Shown one piece after another: positions 52,117 through 62,361 of a stretch of DNA of 64,000 nucleotides. The stretch spans positions 320,001 through 384,000 of the forward strand of contig CBDCXV010000001.1 in assembly GCA_965223905.1 (NCBI GenBank), in the 5' to 3' direction. The position numbers and the translations under genes were made by a program. The notes beneath the pieces were generated by a model. It worked only from the letters and a program-made list of their open reading frames with translations, was not told the DNA's origin and did no database searches. Origin of the DNA: Candidatus Latescibacterota bacterium (GTDB lineage: Bacteria; Latescibacterota; UBA2968; UBA8231). Each line of letters opens with the position of its first letter. Positions within the stretch are counted from its first letter, which is position 1.

Positions 52117-53220
52117 ATGAACGATAACGCCTACGTTGAATTCGACGGCGTCAGCAAGAGCTACGACGGGCGCACTCTGGTCGTCGGAAACATTAATTTC
52201 AGCGTCCGCAAGGGGGAGTTCCTGACCCTGCTGGGACCGTCCGGCTCGGGCAAGACGACCTGTCTGATGATGCTGGCCGGATTCGAGGTGCCCACCTCGG
52301 GCGCCATCCGCATCGACGGCCGCTCCGTGCATGCCCTGCCGCCGCGCAAGCGCGGCATCGGCATGGTGTTTCAGAACTACGCGCTCTTCCCGCACATGAC
52401 GGTGGGCCGCAACCTCGCCTTTCCCCTCGAAGTGCGCGGGTTCGACCGCGAGCAGTGCCGGGACCGCGTGGAGCGAGCCCTGCAGCTGGTCCGCCTCGAA
52501 GGCCTGGCGGACCGGCGGCCCGCCCAGCTCTCCGGCGGACAGCAGCAACGCGTGGCGATCGCCCGGGCGCTGATTTTCGATCCCGACCTGGTGCTGATGG
52601 ACGAACCGCTCGGCGCCCTCGACCGGCGCCTGCGCGAGGAGATGCAGTACGAGATCCGGCGTATCCACCAGAGCCTCGGCGTGACCGTGGTGTACGTCAC
52701 CCACGACCAGCAGGAGGCGATGGTGATGTCGGACCGGATCGCCGTGCTGCGGCGGGGGGACATCGAGCAGATCGCCGAACCGGAGGCCCTCTACGAAGAG
52801 CCGGAGAGTTCGTTCGTCGCCCGTTTCATCGGCGAGAACAACCGCCTGCACGGCCGGGTGACCACGGTCAGCGAGGACATCTGTACAGTGGAAAGCGGCG
52901 GTCAGACCATCCGGGCGCTACGCGTCGTGCCCTGCCGGCCCGGCGACGCAACCACCCTGTCGATTCGCCCCGAGCGGGTTGCCATCGCCCCCGAGCCGGG
53001 CCTGTACAGCAACGAGCTCGACGCCGCCATCGAGGACATCACCTTTCTCGGCGATCACCTGCGCCTGCGCCTGAACGTGTGCGGAAGCTCGGACTTCATC
53101 GCCAAGATCCCCAACGTCGTCGGGCACGGGGCGGTGCTGGAGGGCGACCGCATCCGCATCGGCTGGACGCCGACGGACTGTCGGGTTCTGGACCCGGATG
53201 AGGACGAGGACAGGCCGTAA
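52117..53220 (+). CDS. Polyamine-type (PotA-like) ABC transporter ATPase
   Basis: 'GPSGSGKTT', 'VFQNYALFPHM', 'LSGGQQQR', 'MDEPLGALD', TOBE tail. Confidence 0.92.
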   Translation: MNDNAYVEFDGVSKSYDGRTLVVGNINFSVRKGEFLTLLGPSGSGKTTCLMMLAGFEVPTSGAIRIDGRSVHALPPRKRGIGMVFQNYALFPHMTVGRNLAFPLEVRGFDREQCRDRVERALQLVRLEGLADRRPAQLSGGQQQRVAIARALIFDPDLVLMDEPLGALDRRLREEMQYEIRRIHQSLGVTVVYVTHDQQEAMVMSDRIAVLRRGDIEQIAEPEALYEEPESSFVARFIGENNRLHGRVTTVSEDICTVESGGQTIRALRVVPCRPGDATTLSIRPERVAIAPEPGLYSNELDAAIEDITFLGDHLRLRLNVCGSSDFIAKIPNVVGHGAVLEGDRIRIGWTPTDCRVLDPDEDEDRP

Positions 53221-53262
53221 CCTTCCCTTCCGGCCCCGGCGGACATGCCGGAGCGTTGGTCC

Positions 53263-53678
53263 ATGCCTTCAGGAGACGGGACCAGCCAGACAGGCATCCG
53301 CTTTCAGCCCGACGAGAGGCGGCCCACCTCCTCTCCGCCGGCATGGGAGTCCAGGCAGCGATGCTCGTCCTATGCTGCCTTGCCGGCGAGGACACGCTGT
53401 TGAGCCTTGGGATGCCGGAGGAAGGGGAAGAAGCCGGGCAGAAGCGGCGTCTGCTTCTGTTCGCCAACCGCGACGGGAGCGCCCTTGAGCTGGAGTTTGT
53501 GGCCGCCATCGGTGACGAGAACCTCGAGGACATGATGGTGCTGCTGGGGGAACGGGCCGAAGCTCCCGACGAGCGCGAGCTGTCGCTGCGCCTGCTGCGC
53601 CACGTTGCCTCGTCGGTGCGTCACCAGCAGTACCATGATACCGACATCGTAACAGTGCGGGTCGAAAGAGACAGCTGA
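53263..53678 (+). pseudogene. Collapsed remnant of a permease gene (nucleobase-transporter-like)
   Basis: N-terminal 'GIRFQPDERRP' and, in another frame, 'LSAGMGVQAAML' joined straight to a soluble C-terminal domain ('LELEFVAA...ELSLRLLRH...HQQYHDTDIVTV'). The multi-TM core is absent. Confidence 0.45.
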
Positions 53679-53759
53679 TTCGCAAAAACGCGCATCTTCG
53701 CGCACGCTTTTGGGAGATCCACCCAGAGGATTTCCGGGTGCGGAAACCGGACGGCGGGG

Positions 53760-55367
53760 ATCCTTCGCAACCTGCCGCGCCTCGTCCAGCGTTTCGACAA
53801 CGTGATTATCCGGTACGTTCCGCAGGATATCGAGGGCGTACAGGGTGCCGGCAACAGGGCCAGCGAGCCCCATCACGATGGACTCGGTCTGCTCTTTTGC
53901 GGCGACATCCAGGAGCTGCGCAATCAACATGGCGGCACTGTCGTCGAGGTAGGTGGCGCCGGTGAAGTCGAAGATGACGACCTCGTGATCCTTGATGTCC
54001 CCGCCTATCACTCCCACCAGCTTGTTGGCGGAGGCGACGGTGAAGCTTCCCCTGAGCGCAACCAGGCCGACGCGGGCGGAATGGAATACGGATCCATCCC
54101 GGACGCATCTTCGTGTTCGGAGAAGAACGTCTGGTCCATCAGCGGCACCGAGACGACGCTGTCGAGCTCCAGGCGTTCCAGCTGCCGCGCGTTGGCCATG
54201 CCTGCGGCGATCAGCCCTATGGCGACGGCGGTTACCAGGTCGACGAACACCGTGAGCCCCAGGGTGAGAACCATGACCAGAAGATGTTCGCGCCGGATGC
54301 GGTGGACCCGGGTGAGGAGACGCCAGTCGATGATGTCCCAGCCCACTTTCATCAGGATGCCGGCGAGAGCTGCGTGAGGGATCGGCTCGACGTAGCGGCC
54401 GAGGCCCAGCAGCAGCGCCAGCAGGAGCAGGCCCCGCAATGCCCCCGATACCTGGGTCTGGCCGCCGGCGCGTATGTTGGTCACGGTGCCCATGGTGGCC
54501 CCGGCCCCGGGCAAGCCGCCGAACAGTCCGGAAACCATGTTGCCGATACCCTGCCCGACGAGTTTCCGGTTCGGGTTGTGGCGGGTACCGGTCAGCGAAT
54601 CGGCCACCAGGGAGGTGAGGAGGCTGTCTATGGATCCGAGCAGGGCGAGGATGAGCACCGGTTCCAGGGCGCGTACGAGGAATCCGGCGGAGGGCAGAGT
54701 GAACTGCAAGCTCGGCAGGTCGGTCGGCACTGGTCCGATGACCGGGGCGTCGCTCAACCACAGGACGCCTAGAAGGGTGCCGGCAATCAGGGCCACGAGC
54801 AGAGGAGGCAGGAATCTCGCCAGCCGCCGGGGCCAGAGCACGGCGGCAGCGAGAGTGACCGCGGCGATCGCGAAGGCGCCGAAATCGATACTGCCCACCG
54901 CCTCGGGCAAAGCTCTGATGGCGCCCATGGGTCCACCCGGCGCGGTGGGGGCTCCGAGGAACGGCATGGTCTGAATCAGAATGATGATGATGCCGATGCC
55001 GGACATGAACCCGGAAACAACCACGTGCGGCGTGTAGGCCACGAAGCGGCCGACTTTCGACAGGCCCAGAAGCACCTGCAGCAGCCCGGCCAACACGACG
55101 ATGGTCAAGGCTTCGGTGAGGTTGGCGGCGTGGCTGGTCACGATGACGGCCATGGCGACCGCCATCGGCCCCGTGGGGCCGGATATCTGGGACCGCGTCC
55201 CGCCGAATCACCGACGCGAAGAAACCGACGGCGATCGCCCCGTACAGGCCGGCAGCCGCCCCCAGTCCCGAGGCTATCCCGAAGGCAAGCGCCACCGGCA
55301 GTGCCACTATCATGGAGGTGACGCCGCCGAAAAAGTCCCCGCGGAGCGTATGGATGTCGTAGCTCAT
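53760..55367 (-). pseudogene. SulP-family anion transporter with STAS domain, frameshifted
   Basis: 'GDFFGGVTSMIVALPVALAFG', +1 shift near 55208, 'SGFMSGIG', 'GSIDSLLTSLVAD', 'GQGIGN', 5-bp duplication GGAAT at 54078-54087, STAS 'IFDFTGATYLDDSA'. 3' end approximate. Confidence 0.82.
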
Positions 55368-55795
55368 GTCACACCTTCAGGCGTGGTTGAGTTGGGAGGA
55401 GTGCAGCTTTTTTCAAGGAACGCCGCTATCCTACAGCTGCTTTCTAAGCGTATCCATGGTGATCTACCGCATGAGAGTACGGCCGAATCTTCGCGTTTTG
55501 TCATGTTTCTGCAATTGCCACGAAGCTGAAACACCGCGATCCGGACGCGCGCGCGGCTCTCTCACCGGTTCGGGACCGACTTGCAAGCCGCGATTGGAAG
55601 CACCTTGAACAGCCGCGCATCGGACGACACTCCATATGCCACCCCAGTCGAGCGAAGCAGACACACGTTAGCCGTCAGCTGTCCCCCCGAAGCCACCAAG
55701 GGGACGCGGCACCTGAGCCCGTTTTTTGGTTTTTACGGAGAATGGCTTCGTCACTCTTTCGTTCCTGCGGTATGTTCCTACAAAAAGGAGGAACC

Positions 55796-56161
55796 ATGAA
55801 AGCTGTCAGTGTTCGCGAGCTGAAGAACAATCCGTCGGCGGCGCTTCGAGCGGCGCGGGCACATCCCGTAATGGTGCTCAACCGGCACCATCCGGAAGCC
55901 ATTCTGTTTCATCTCGATAACGATTCGTTTCTCTCTGAGCCAGGTATCCGGCGCGCGCTCGCCACGGCTCTGTACCGCGAACAGAGCCTTTCCCTCGGGC
56001 AGGCGGCGCGCTTCTCCGGCCTCGGGACCGCCGCTTTCATCCAGCACATATCCCGGCTTGGCATTCCCGTGGTGGGAGGCAGCGCGGCTTCCGTAAATGA
56101 GGACACAGAGGCGATCAGCGCATGGCGGAAAGACTTGTCGCAGCCGACGCAAGCCCCTTGA
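55796..56161 (+). CDS. Antitoxin: Phd-like N-terminus fused to UPF0175-like domain
   Basis: AAGGAGG RBS; 'VSVRELKNNPS..LR'; 'LATALYREQSLSLGQAARFSGL...FIQHISRLGIP'. Confidence 0.8.
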   Translation: MKAVSVRELKNNPSAALRAARAHPVMVLNRHHPEAILFHLDNDSFLSEPGIRRALATALYREQSLSLGQAARFSGLGTAAFIQHISRLGIPVVGGSAASVNEDTEAISAWRKDLSQPTQAP

Positions 56162-56628
56162 TCGGACTCGCCTCCGCGGGCGCGTTCGACCTGCTTCGCA
56201 GGCTGTTCCGCGAGGTTACAGTGACGGCCGCTGTTCGCGACGAGGTGCTGGCGGGGGGCGACCTTCCGGGGGCACGGGAGGTCGCCGAGGCGATCGAGGA
56301 CGGATGGATCGAAGTGGGGACAGCTTGCCCCGACCTGGCGAAGTTCTCCGATCTTGGCGCGGGTGAGGCCAGTACGCTTACGCTCGCCAGCTCGAGAACG
56401 GACCAATGTCTGGTGTTGATGGACGACCTGTTTGGCCGTGTCCATGCCCGCGTTCATGGACTTTCCGTCACCGGGCTTGCCGGAGTGCTTCTCGCCGCCA
56501 AACGCGCGGGGTTCATACACAGCATCCGGCCCTTCTTCGAGCGCCTCGAGAAAAGCAACTTCAGACTATCGCAGGAAGTCATTCGCACCATCCTTGAACA
56601 GGCAGAAGAAACAGATGCTACGAAATGA
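56122..56628 (+). CDS. DUF3368-type PIN-domain protein
   Basis: 'VAADASPLIGL', 'V..EV', 'LGAGEAS', 'LMDD', 'GLAGVLLAAK..G', 'FRLS'. Confidence 0.85.
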   Translation: MAERLVAADASPLIGLASAGAFDLLRRLFREVTVTAAVRDEVLAGGDLPGAREVAEAIEDGWIEVGTACPDLAKFSDLGAGEASTLTLASSRTDQCLVLMDDLFGRVHARVHGLSVTGLAGVLLAAKRAGFIHSIRPFFERLEKSNFRLSQEVIRTILEQAEETDATK

Positions 56629-56686
56629 GCCATGATCAGGTTCCATTGAAGCCCCGAAGAGGCTCGAACAACAAGGAGCGGACAAC

Positions 56687-57787
56687 ATGAAGGACACGCA
56701 GAGAAAGACATTTTCCATCGCCGCGCTGATCGCGGCTGCCTTGCTGCCCTGTAGTAGCGCCGTCGCCGAAGACCAGTCGCTGACGGTAGTATCCTGGGGC
56801 GGGTCCTATGCGCGCGCCTGCGTCAAGGGCTACCACGAGCGCTTCACCGCGGAAACGGGAATCGCCGTAAACCTCGAAGATTACAACGGGGGGCTGGCGC
56901 AGATACGCGCCCAGGTCGACGTAGGCAACGTGTACTGGGACGTGGTCGACCTGGAAATCCCCGACATGGTGCGCGGCTGCGACGAGGGCCTTCTCGAGGT
57001 CGTTTCGATCGACTCGCTGCCGGCTGGAGCCGACGGAACCCCGGCGGCAGAGGATTTCGTCGAAGGGACGATCACCGATTGCGGCCCGGCCACGATTTTC
57101 TACTCGACCGTGTCCGCCTACAACGAGAAGAATATCCCGGGCGAGAAACCCACCACCATGGCCGATTTCTTCGACCTGGAGAAATTCCCGGGCCGCCGCG
57201 GAATGAGGCGCTCGCCACTGGTGAACCTGGAGTTTGCGCTGATCGCCGACGGTGTGCCCCCCGACAAGGTCTATGCCACCCTCGATACGCCCGAGGGCGT
57301 CGACCGCGCCTTCCGCAAGCTCGACACCATCAAGGAGCAGATCGTGTGGTGGGAGGCCGGGGCGCAGCCTCCGCAGATGCTCGCCGACGGCGAGGTGACG
57401 ATGAGCACGGCCTACAACGGGCGCATCTTCAATGCCCAGGTGCTGGAAGATCAGCCCTTCGTCATCGTCTGGGACGGCCAGGTACTGGATACCGGCGGGC
57501 TGGCCATCGTCGCCGGAACCCCCAATCTCGAGGCGGCGATGAAGTTCGTCGCGTTTGCCTCGACTGCCCGGTCCATCGCCGACGTCGGGCGCTACATCGC
57601 CTACAGCCCGACCCGCCGCTCGGCGATGCCGCTGATTTCGACGCATGCCGAAAAGGGCGTGGACATGAACCCGCACATGCCCACGAGCGAGCAGAACTCA
57701 AAGCGCGCCCTGCACAACAACTGGGAATGGTGGAGCGACCACGGCGACGAAATGAACGAGCGCTTCAGCACCTGGCTGGCCCGGTGA
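56687..57787 (+). CDS. Polyamine-type ABC substrate-binding protein (PotD/F-like)
   Basis: Signal peptide, 'LTVVSWGGSY', 'DFFDLEKFPGRRG', 'LEFALIADGV', 'AYNGR'. Confidence 0.9.
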   Translation: MKDTQRKTFSIAALIAAALLPCSSAVAEDQSLTVVSWGGSYARACVKGYHERFTAETGIAVNLEDYNGGLAQIRAQVDVGNVYWDVVDLEIPDMVRGCDEGLLEVVSIDSLPAGADGTPAAEDFVEGTITDCGPATIFYSTVSAYNEKNIPGEKPTTMADFFDLEKFPGRRGMRRSPLVNLEFALIADGVPPDKVYATLDTPEGVDRAFRKLDTIKEQIVWWEAGAQPPQMLADGEVTMSTAYNGRIFNAQVLEDQPFVIVWDGQVLDTGGLAIVAGTPNLEAAMKFVAFASTARSIADVGRYIAYSPTRRSAMPLISTHAEKGVDMNPHMPTSEQNSKRALHNNWEWWSDHGDEMNERFSTWLAR

Positions 57788-57797
57788 GGGGTCGGCG

Positions 57798-58196
57798 ATG
57801 GAAATGGTAGGAATCCAAAAAGAAGGAGGACCAAAATGGGGGACCTACGTTGATGTAACAATCCGGAATCCCGCGGAGCCTAAACGAACCTGGACCGGCG
57901 CCTTCCTGGTGGACACCGGCGCATTCGACTCGCTTGTACCCAGGGAACACGTGGAAGCGATCGGACTCAAACCAAAGGGTCGCCGGGAGTACACCCTGGC
58001 GAATGGAACCAAGATCAGCCTGGAGATCACGACGGCGGACCTGGAATTCGAGGGAGAGGTCGTAGGCGGCACCCTCGTATATGGAGAGGAAGGAGCCGAG
58101 CCGTTGCTCGGGGTAACGGCGCTGGAGTCCGGCGGCTTCGAGGTGGACCCACGCAACCAGGAACTCAAGCGATTGCCGGCGATTTTGCTGAAGTGA
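57798..58196 (+). CDS. Clan AA (retropepsin-like) aspartic protease; native start possibly frameshifted
   Basis: 'FLVDTGA', 'TLANG', 'EPLLGVTALE'. The AAGGAGG RBS points at ATG 57836, which is out of frame in a G5 run. Confidence 0.75.
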   Translation: MEMVGIQKEGGPKWGTYVDVTIRNPAEPKRTWTGAFLVDTGAFDSLVPREHVEAIGLKPKGRREYTLANGTKISLEITTADLEFEGEVVGGTLVYGEEGAEPLLGVTALESGGFEVDPRNQELKRLPAILLK

Positions 58197-58236
58197 TGAG
58201 AGTTGGGTCAAACCAACGAAACAGGTGGGGACGACC

Positions 58237-59760
58237 ATGAACCAACAGCAGCCACATCAGTCCGGAAATGGCACCTACTGCCTCGACATCAAGGATTTCG
58301 GACCGATCGCCAGGGCGAGCGTGGAGGTGCGACCACTCACCGTGTTCATCGGGCCGAGCAACACAGGCAAGTCCTACCTGGCGATTCTGATCTATGCGCT
58401 GAATCAATGTTTTGGCGGGGATCGCCTTCTCTTTGCCGTCAGGCACAGGATTTCCCTGTTCAATCCCGAAGGCGAGATCTCGCCTGAAATCCATGGCAGC
58501 TTGAGGGATTGGGCCGCTAGTTTATCCGAGCATGAGCAGCCTGAAGGGTTGCCCAGTAACGTAGTCGCGCACATTCGATCAAAGCTTGAGGGAGCAAGCG
58601 GTCTCGAACGGGCGTTTACAGAGGAAATACGTCGTTGCTTCGGGATTGACGCGCTCAAGGAATTGGTGCGGCGGGAGGGCAGGAGCACGCAGGCGACCGT
58701 CAATCTGGAAGTTGCCCAGAAAGATATGTCGGACGCGGTTCGCTACGAGTTCAGGTTCGGCTCAAACGAGCCAAGCGTAGTCGGTAGTCTGCCGCATGAC
58801 CTGTCCGGTTGGCCATCTGGCCGCTGGCTCCGTGACCCCACCGTTCGTGATCTGACCAGGCTTTTGCACGAGCCTGCCGATCAGAGTAAGACCGACAAAG
58901 AGGATCGTCTTCGAAATCTTCTTCTCTACCTGCCAACAGCGGCCTTCACTTCGTTGTTTGGTCCGGCATTCTCCAATGTCTACTACCTGCCTGCCGATCG
59001 CACCGGGGTCATGCACAGCCATCAAGTGGTCGTCAACACCTTGATTCACAACGCCACCACTGCCGGACAGCGCCCCTCCATGAACCTGCCGATGCTGTCC
59101 GGTGTGTTGGCCGATTTCCTGGGGGGGCTCATTGGAATGAGTGAACGGAATCACCGAGAATCTTTGGGGGAATTGGCAACGCAGCTGGAGGACAAGGTGC
59201 TGAAGGGTACCGTCAGGTTGGACCGCGCCGAAACCGGCTACCCCAGTTTTGCCTATCGCCCGAGCGGTTGGAAGGCGGACCTGCCGCTAATGCGGACATC
59301 CTCCATGGTTACCGAGCTCACGCCCGTCGTGCTGTATCTGCGCTACCTCGTGTGCCCGGGCGATGTGCTCATCATCGAGGAACCGGAGGCGCATCTGCAC
59401 CCTGGCATGCAGGCCGTGTTCGCCCGAGAGATCGCCCGCCTGATTCACTCCGGTGTCCGCGTCATCATGACAACCCACAGCGAGTGGTTCCTGGAGCAGA
59501 TTGGAAATCTCGTCAGGCTTTCCTCATTGCCGGAAAACAAACGGAAAGGCATCGTGGGAGCGGATGTCGCACTGCGTCCCCAAGACGTCGGCGCGTGGCT
59601 GTTCAAGCCTACGCAACGCCCCAAGGGTGCGGCCGTAGAGGAAGTCGTTCTGGACCCGGAGACGGGTCTGTTTCCAACCGATTTCGATCTGGTCAGTGAG
59701 ACCCTGTACAACGAAGGCGCCGAGATATTCAATCGGTTGCAGGAAAGCAAGGGCCCATGA
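58237..59760 (+). CDS. ABC-type AAA ATPase (AAA_15/AAA_21-like)
   Basis: 'IKDFGPI', Walker A GPSNTGKS, 'YLPADRTG', signature variant 'TSSMV', Walker B/D-loop 'IIEEPEAHLHP', H-loop 'TTHS'. Confidence 0.88.
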   Translation: MNQQQPHQSGNGTYCLDIKDFGPIARASVEVRPLTVFIGPSNTGKSYLAILIYALNQCFGGDRLLFAVRHRISLFNPEGEISPEIHGSLRDWAASLSEHEQPEGLPSNVVAHIRSKLEGASGLERAFTEEIRRCFGIDALKELVRREGRSTQATVNLEVAQKDMSDAVRYEFRFGSNEPSVVGSLPHDLSGWPSGRWLRDPTVRDLTRLLHEPADQSKTDKEDRLRNLLLYLPTAAFTSLFGPAFSNVYYLPADRTGVMHSHQVVVNTLIHNATTAGQRPSMNLPMLSGVLADFLGGLIGMSERNHRESLGELATQLEDKVLKGTVRLDRAETGYPSFAYRPSGWKADLPLMRTSSMVTELTPVVLYLRYLVCPGDVLIIEEPEAHLHPGMQAVFAREIARLIHSGVRVIMTTHSEWFLEQIGNLVRLSSLPENKRKGIVGADVALRPQDVGAWLFKPTQRPKGAAVEEVVLDPETGLFPTDFDLVSETLYNEGAEIFNRLQESKGP

Positions 59761-60230
59761 GCGGGCTGGTTGAATCGGTGGCGGATAAGGTGCCCAGCGA
59801 ATGTCACGCCAAGCGCCTTCGCAAAGAGGGCTGCTCGGTGTCGATGAAAGGAATTTCCGAAACCCGCGTCGTCGTCGATCGCGACTGTAACGCGCTTGAC
59901 TTGGCACCTGCAAGTAAGCGGTGCGACTACCTGTTCGTGGGCGAAGAACTGAACGCAGCATGGGTTACGGCGATCGAGCATAAGAGTGGCCCCTTCAAGG
60001 CAGGGCCGGTCGTGGAACAGCTCCAGGGAGGCGCCAACGCTGCCGACAAATGGCTGCCTGCCGGAAGCTCGTTCCAATTCGTTCCGGTTCTGGCCCATCG
60101 AAAGGGAGTTCACAGGAACGATCAAAAGACCCTTCGCTCCAGAAAAATCAAGCTACGTGGGCAGGAGAAACAGACGGTGCTGATCCGTTGCGGGCAAGGG
60201 CTGAAAGAGGCTCTCCGGCAGAGGCAGTAA
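59757..60230 (+). CDS. Hypothetical protein, PD-(D/E)xK nuclease-like
   Basis: ATGA overlap with ATPase stop; 'KRCDYLF...VTAIEHKSG...VEQL' fits D...ExK...Q. Confidence 0.65.
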   Translation: MSGLVESVADKVPSECHAKRLRKEGCSVSMKGISETRVVVDRDCNALDLAPASKRCDYLFVGEELNAAWVTAIEHKSGPFKAGPVVEQLQGGANAADKWLPAGSSFQFVPVLAHRKGVHRNDQKTLRSRKIKLRGQEKQTVLIRCGQGLKEALRQRQ

Positions 60231-60326
60231 CGCAAAGACGACGGTCCGCCTGCTTTTGTGCGCGGACCTTATATCCGGGTTGAGAATGGGAGTTGAGTGC
60301 CATCAGCCGTAGAATGGGAAGGGTGT

Positions 60327-61101
60327 ATGAACAAAACCGAACTCATGAAAGAGTTGCAAAAGTACGATATAGCCGAGCGTCAGGCTGGTCCCGGTGCCTC
60401 AGAGGATGAAATCAGGAAGTTCTATCTGCACCCTTCCCTGGCAGATTCCGTTGGGAAGTATTGCTCACTGTCGGTCTTTGAATTCCTGAGTGAAAAGTCC
60501 AAAGAGTGTCTGGAGTTTATTGGCGTTGAGCCGAAGATGAGCGATTTCAGCTTGGCACCAAGCCACTTCCAGGAACTATCGGAGCTGGAAACGCGTGCGG
60601 GGATAATCTTGAAAGTTATCGGGGGACTATTTGGGGTGGGTGCTATTCTGAAGCGTTCCCCGGATTTGGAAAGATGTATTGCCTATGCGAGGGCGCTTCG
60701 GGCCCATGAACGCAGCCGTCTATCCTTTTGGAGAACCTTGTCCTGGCGAGAGTTTGAGATAGAGGTTGCGAGGTTATTTCGTCGAATGGGCTTCAGGTCG
60801 AATCCAACACCGGCAACTGGAGACAGCGGTGTAGACGTGACTCTTTCGGATGAGATGGGCAGGAATATTCTAGTCCAATGCAAACACCACGCAAGGCCAA
60901 TCGGTCCCGCCATCGTTAGAGAAAATGGTTGGTACGATCGTCCGGGAAAAGGCTTCTTTTGGCATTACTGTCGCTCTCTCCGGATTTACCCAAGGTGCAT
61001 ACGATACAGCTGGACATTCTGTGATGTTATTGGAGGTGGAAGATTTGATAAATCTAAGCAAGCGGAACTTGGTTTTGAATCTTGGGGGGATGGCTTCGTG
61101 A
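60327..61101 (+). pseudogene. Mrr-like restriction endonuclease, +1 frameshift
   Basis: 'FEIEVARLFRRMGF', 'GDSGVDV', 'LVQCK', 'IGPAIVRE'; after an extra A at 60924 it continues 'MVGT...GITVALSGFTQGA...LLEVEDLI' to TGA 61099-61101. Confidence 0.78.
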
Positions 61102-61135
61102 CCGCGGAATTTCGACCACAAAGGAGATTCATGTG

Positions 61136-62344
61136 ATGACACTGACTACAAAAAGCTGCCGGCTGCTGCTTTGGGCAGTGGTTTTCGTCTTCGCCGGAGC
61201 AGATACGGCAAATGCCCAAACGGCACAGGATATCGCCAGGAAAGCCTTCAGTTCTACCGTTCTGTTGGTCATGGAGGACGCGAACGGCCAACCACTATCC
61301 CTTGGCAGCGGATTCTTCGTCGGTGCCGGACAGATCGCCAGCAACCTGCATGTAGTCGAAGGTGCGGTGCGTGGATCCGCAAAGCTGGTCGGTCAGAAGA
61401 CGAAGCACGACCTTGAAGGAATCGTAGCGGTTGATCCCGAACGAGATCTGGTCGTGCTCAAGATCGCAGTCGCTGGAGGGCCAGTGCTGGCTCTTGGTAA
61501 TAGCGACGCCGTGCAGGTTGGCGAATCTGTCTACGCCGTAGGCAACCCCCAGGGATTGGAGGGTACGTTTTCACAAGGAGTCGTGAGCAGTATCCGCGAG
61601 GTTGGCATTGATCAGATTCTCCAAATCACGGCTCCGATCTCGCCCGGTAGCAGCGGCGGTCCCGTTCTCAACAGCAAGGGGGCGGTGATCGGTGTTTCCG
61701 TTGCCACCTTCAGAGGGGGACAGAACTTGAATTTCGCCATCCCCTCAAATTACTTGAAGACGTTACTTGAAAAGGCGGGGCCGCCGAAGCCACTTGCACA
61801 AGCGAGACCAACCATGCTTCCAGAGGTCGATACTGACCAGTCTCGGAATCGGGACTCAGAGGCTGAAAGACTTTCAATTGGTTTGCAAGCGGATGCCGTG
61901 CCTTACCTTTTAAACGGATACAATGTGGCTGTATGGACCGGAAGAGATCGATTACGATTTTTGGGATTCTTGGAAAGTCTCTCTACCCCTGAAGTGTTGT
62001 TAAGAGATGGTTTTCAGAATGGCGAAGTTGACATCTCGTACGGTTTTCTGGTCGATTACTTTCTGGAGAAGAATTTCCAAGGACTATGGGTTTCAAGCGG
62101 ATTCGGATACTTTGGGGGTACAGTTGGGCATGAATCGGAACTTACAACCGGGGAAGTCGAAAATATCGTTTTCACGGTCGGGTTGGGATACGTTCTCCCT
62201 TTGGGAAATGGTTTCTATTTTAGTTCGATATTTTCGGCAAATTTTATAATCGGAGGGGATAAAGTAATTCGCGTTGGCTCAAAAACGTTCTATCTCGACG
62301 ATGCCACACCGGATTTAGGAGTTCAATTGGGCTGGGCGTATTGA
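61136..62344 (+). CDS. Secreted trypsin-like (S1) serine protease with C-terminal predicted outer-membrane beta-barrel
   Basis: Signal peptide; 'GSGFFV', His 'NLHVV', Asp 'DLVVLK', Ser 'ISPGSSGGP'; C-terminal amphipathic strands ending 'GVQLGWAY'. Confidence 0.8.
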   Translation: MTLTTKSCRLLLWAVVFVFAGADTANAQTAQDIARKAFSSTVLLVMEDANGQPLSLGSGFFVGAGQIASNLHVVEGAVRGSAKLVGQKTKHDLEGIVAVDPERDLVVLKIAVAGGPVLALGNSDAVQVGESVYAVGNPQGLEGTFSQGVVSSIREVGIDQILQITAPISPGSSGGPVLNSKGAVIGVSVATFRGGQNLNFAIPSNYLKTLLEKAGPPKPLAQARPTMLPEVDTDQSRNRDSEAERLSIGLQADAVPYLLNGYNVAVWTGRDRLRFLGFLESLSTPEVLLRDGFQNGEVDISYGFLVDYFLEKNFQGLWVSSGFGYFGGTVGHESELTTGEVENIVFTVGLGYVLPLGNGFYFSSIFSANFIIGGDKVIRVGSKTFYLDDATPDLGVQLGWAY

Positions 62345-62361
62345 CGAAACTCCTTAAGAGC

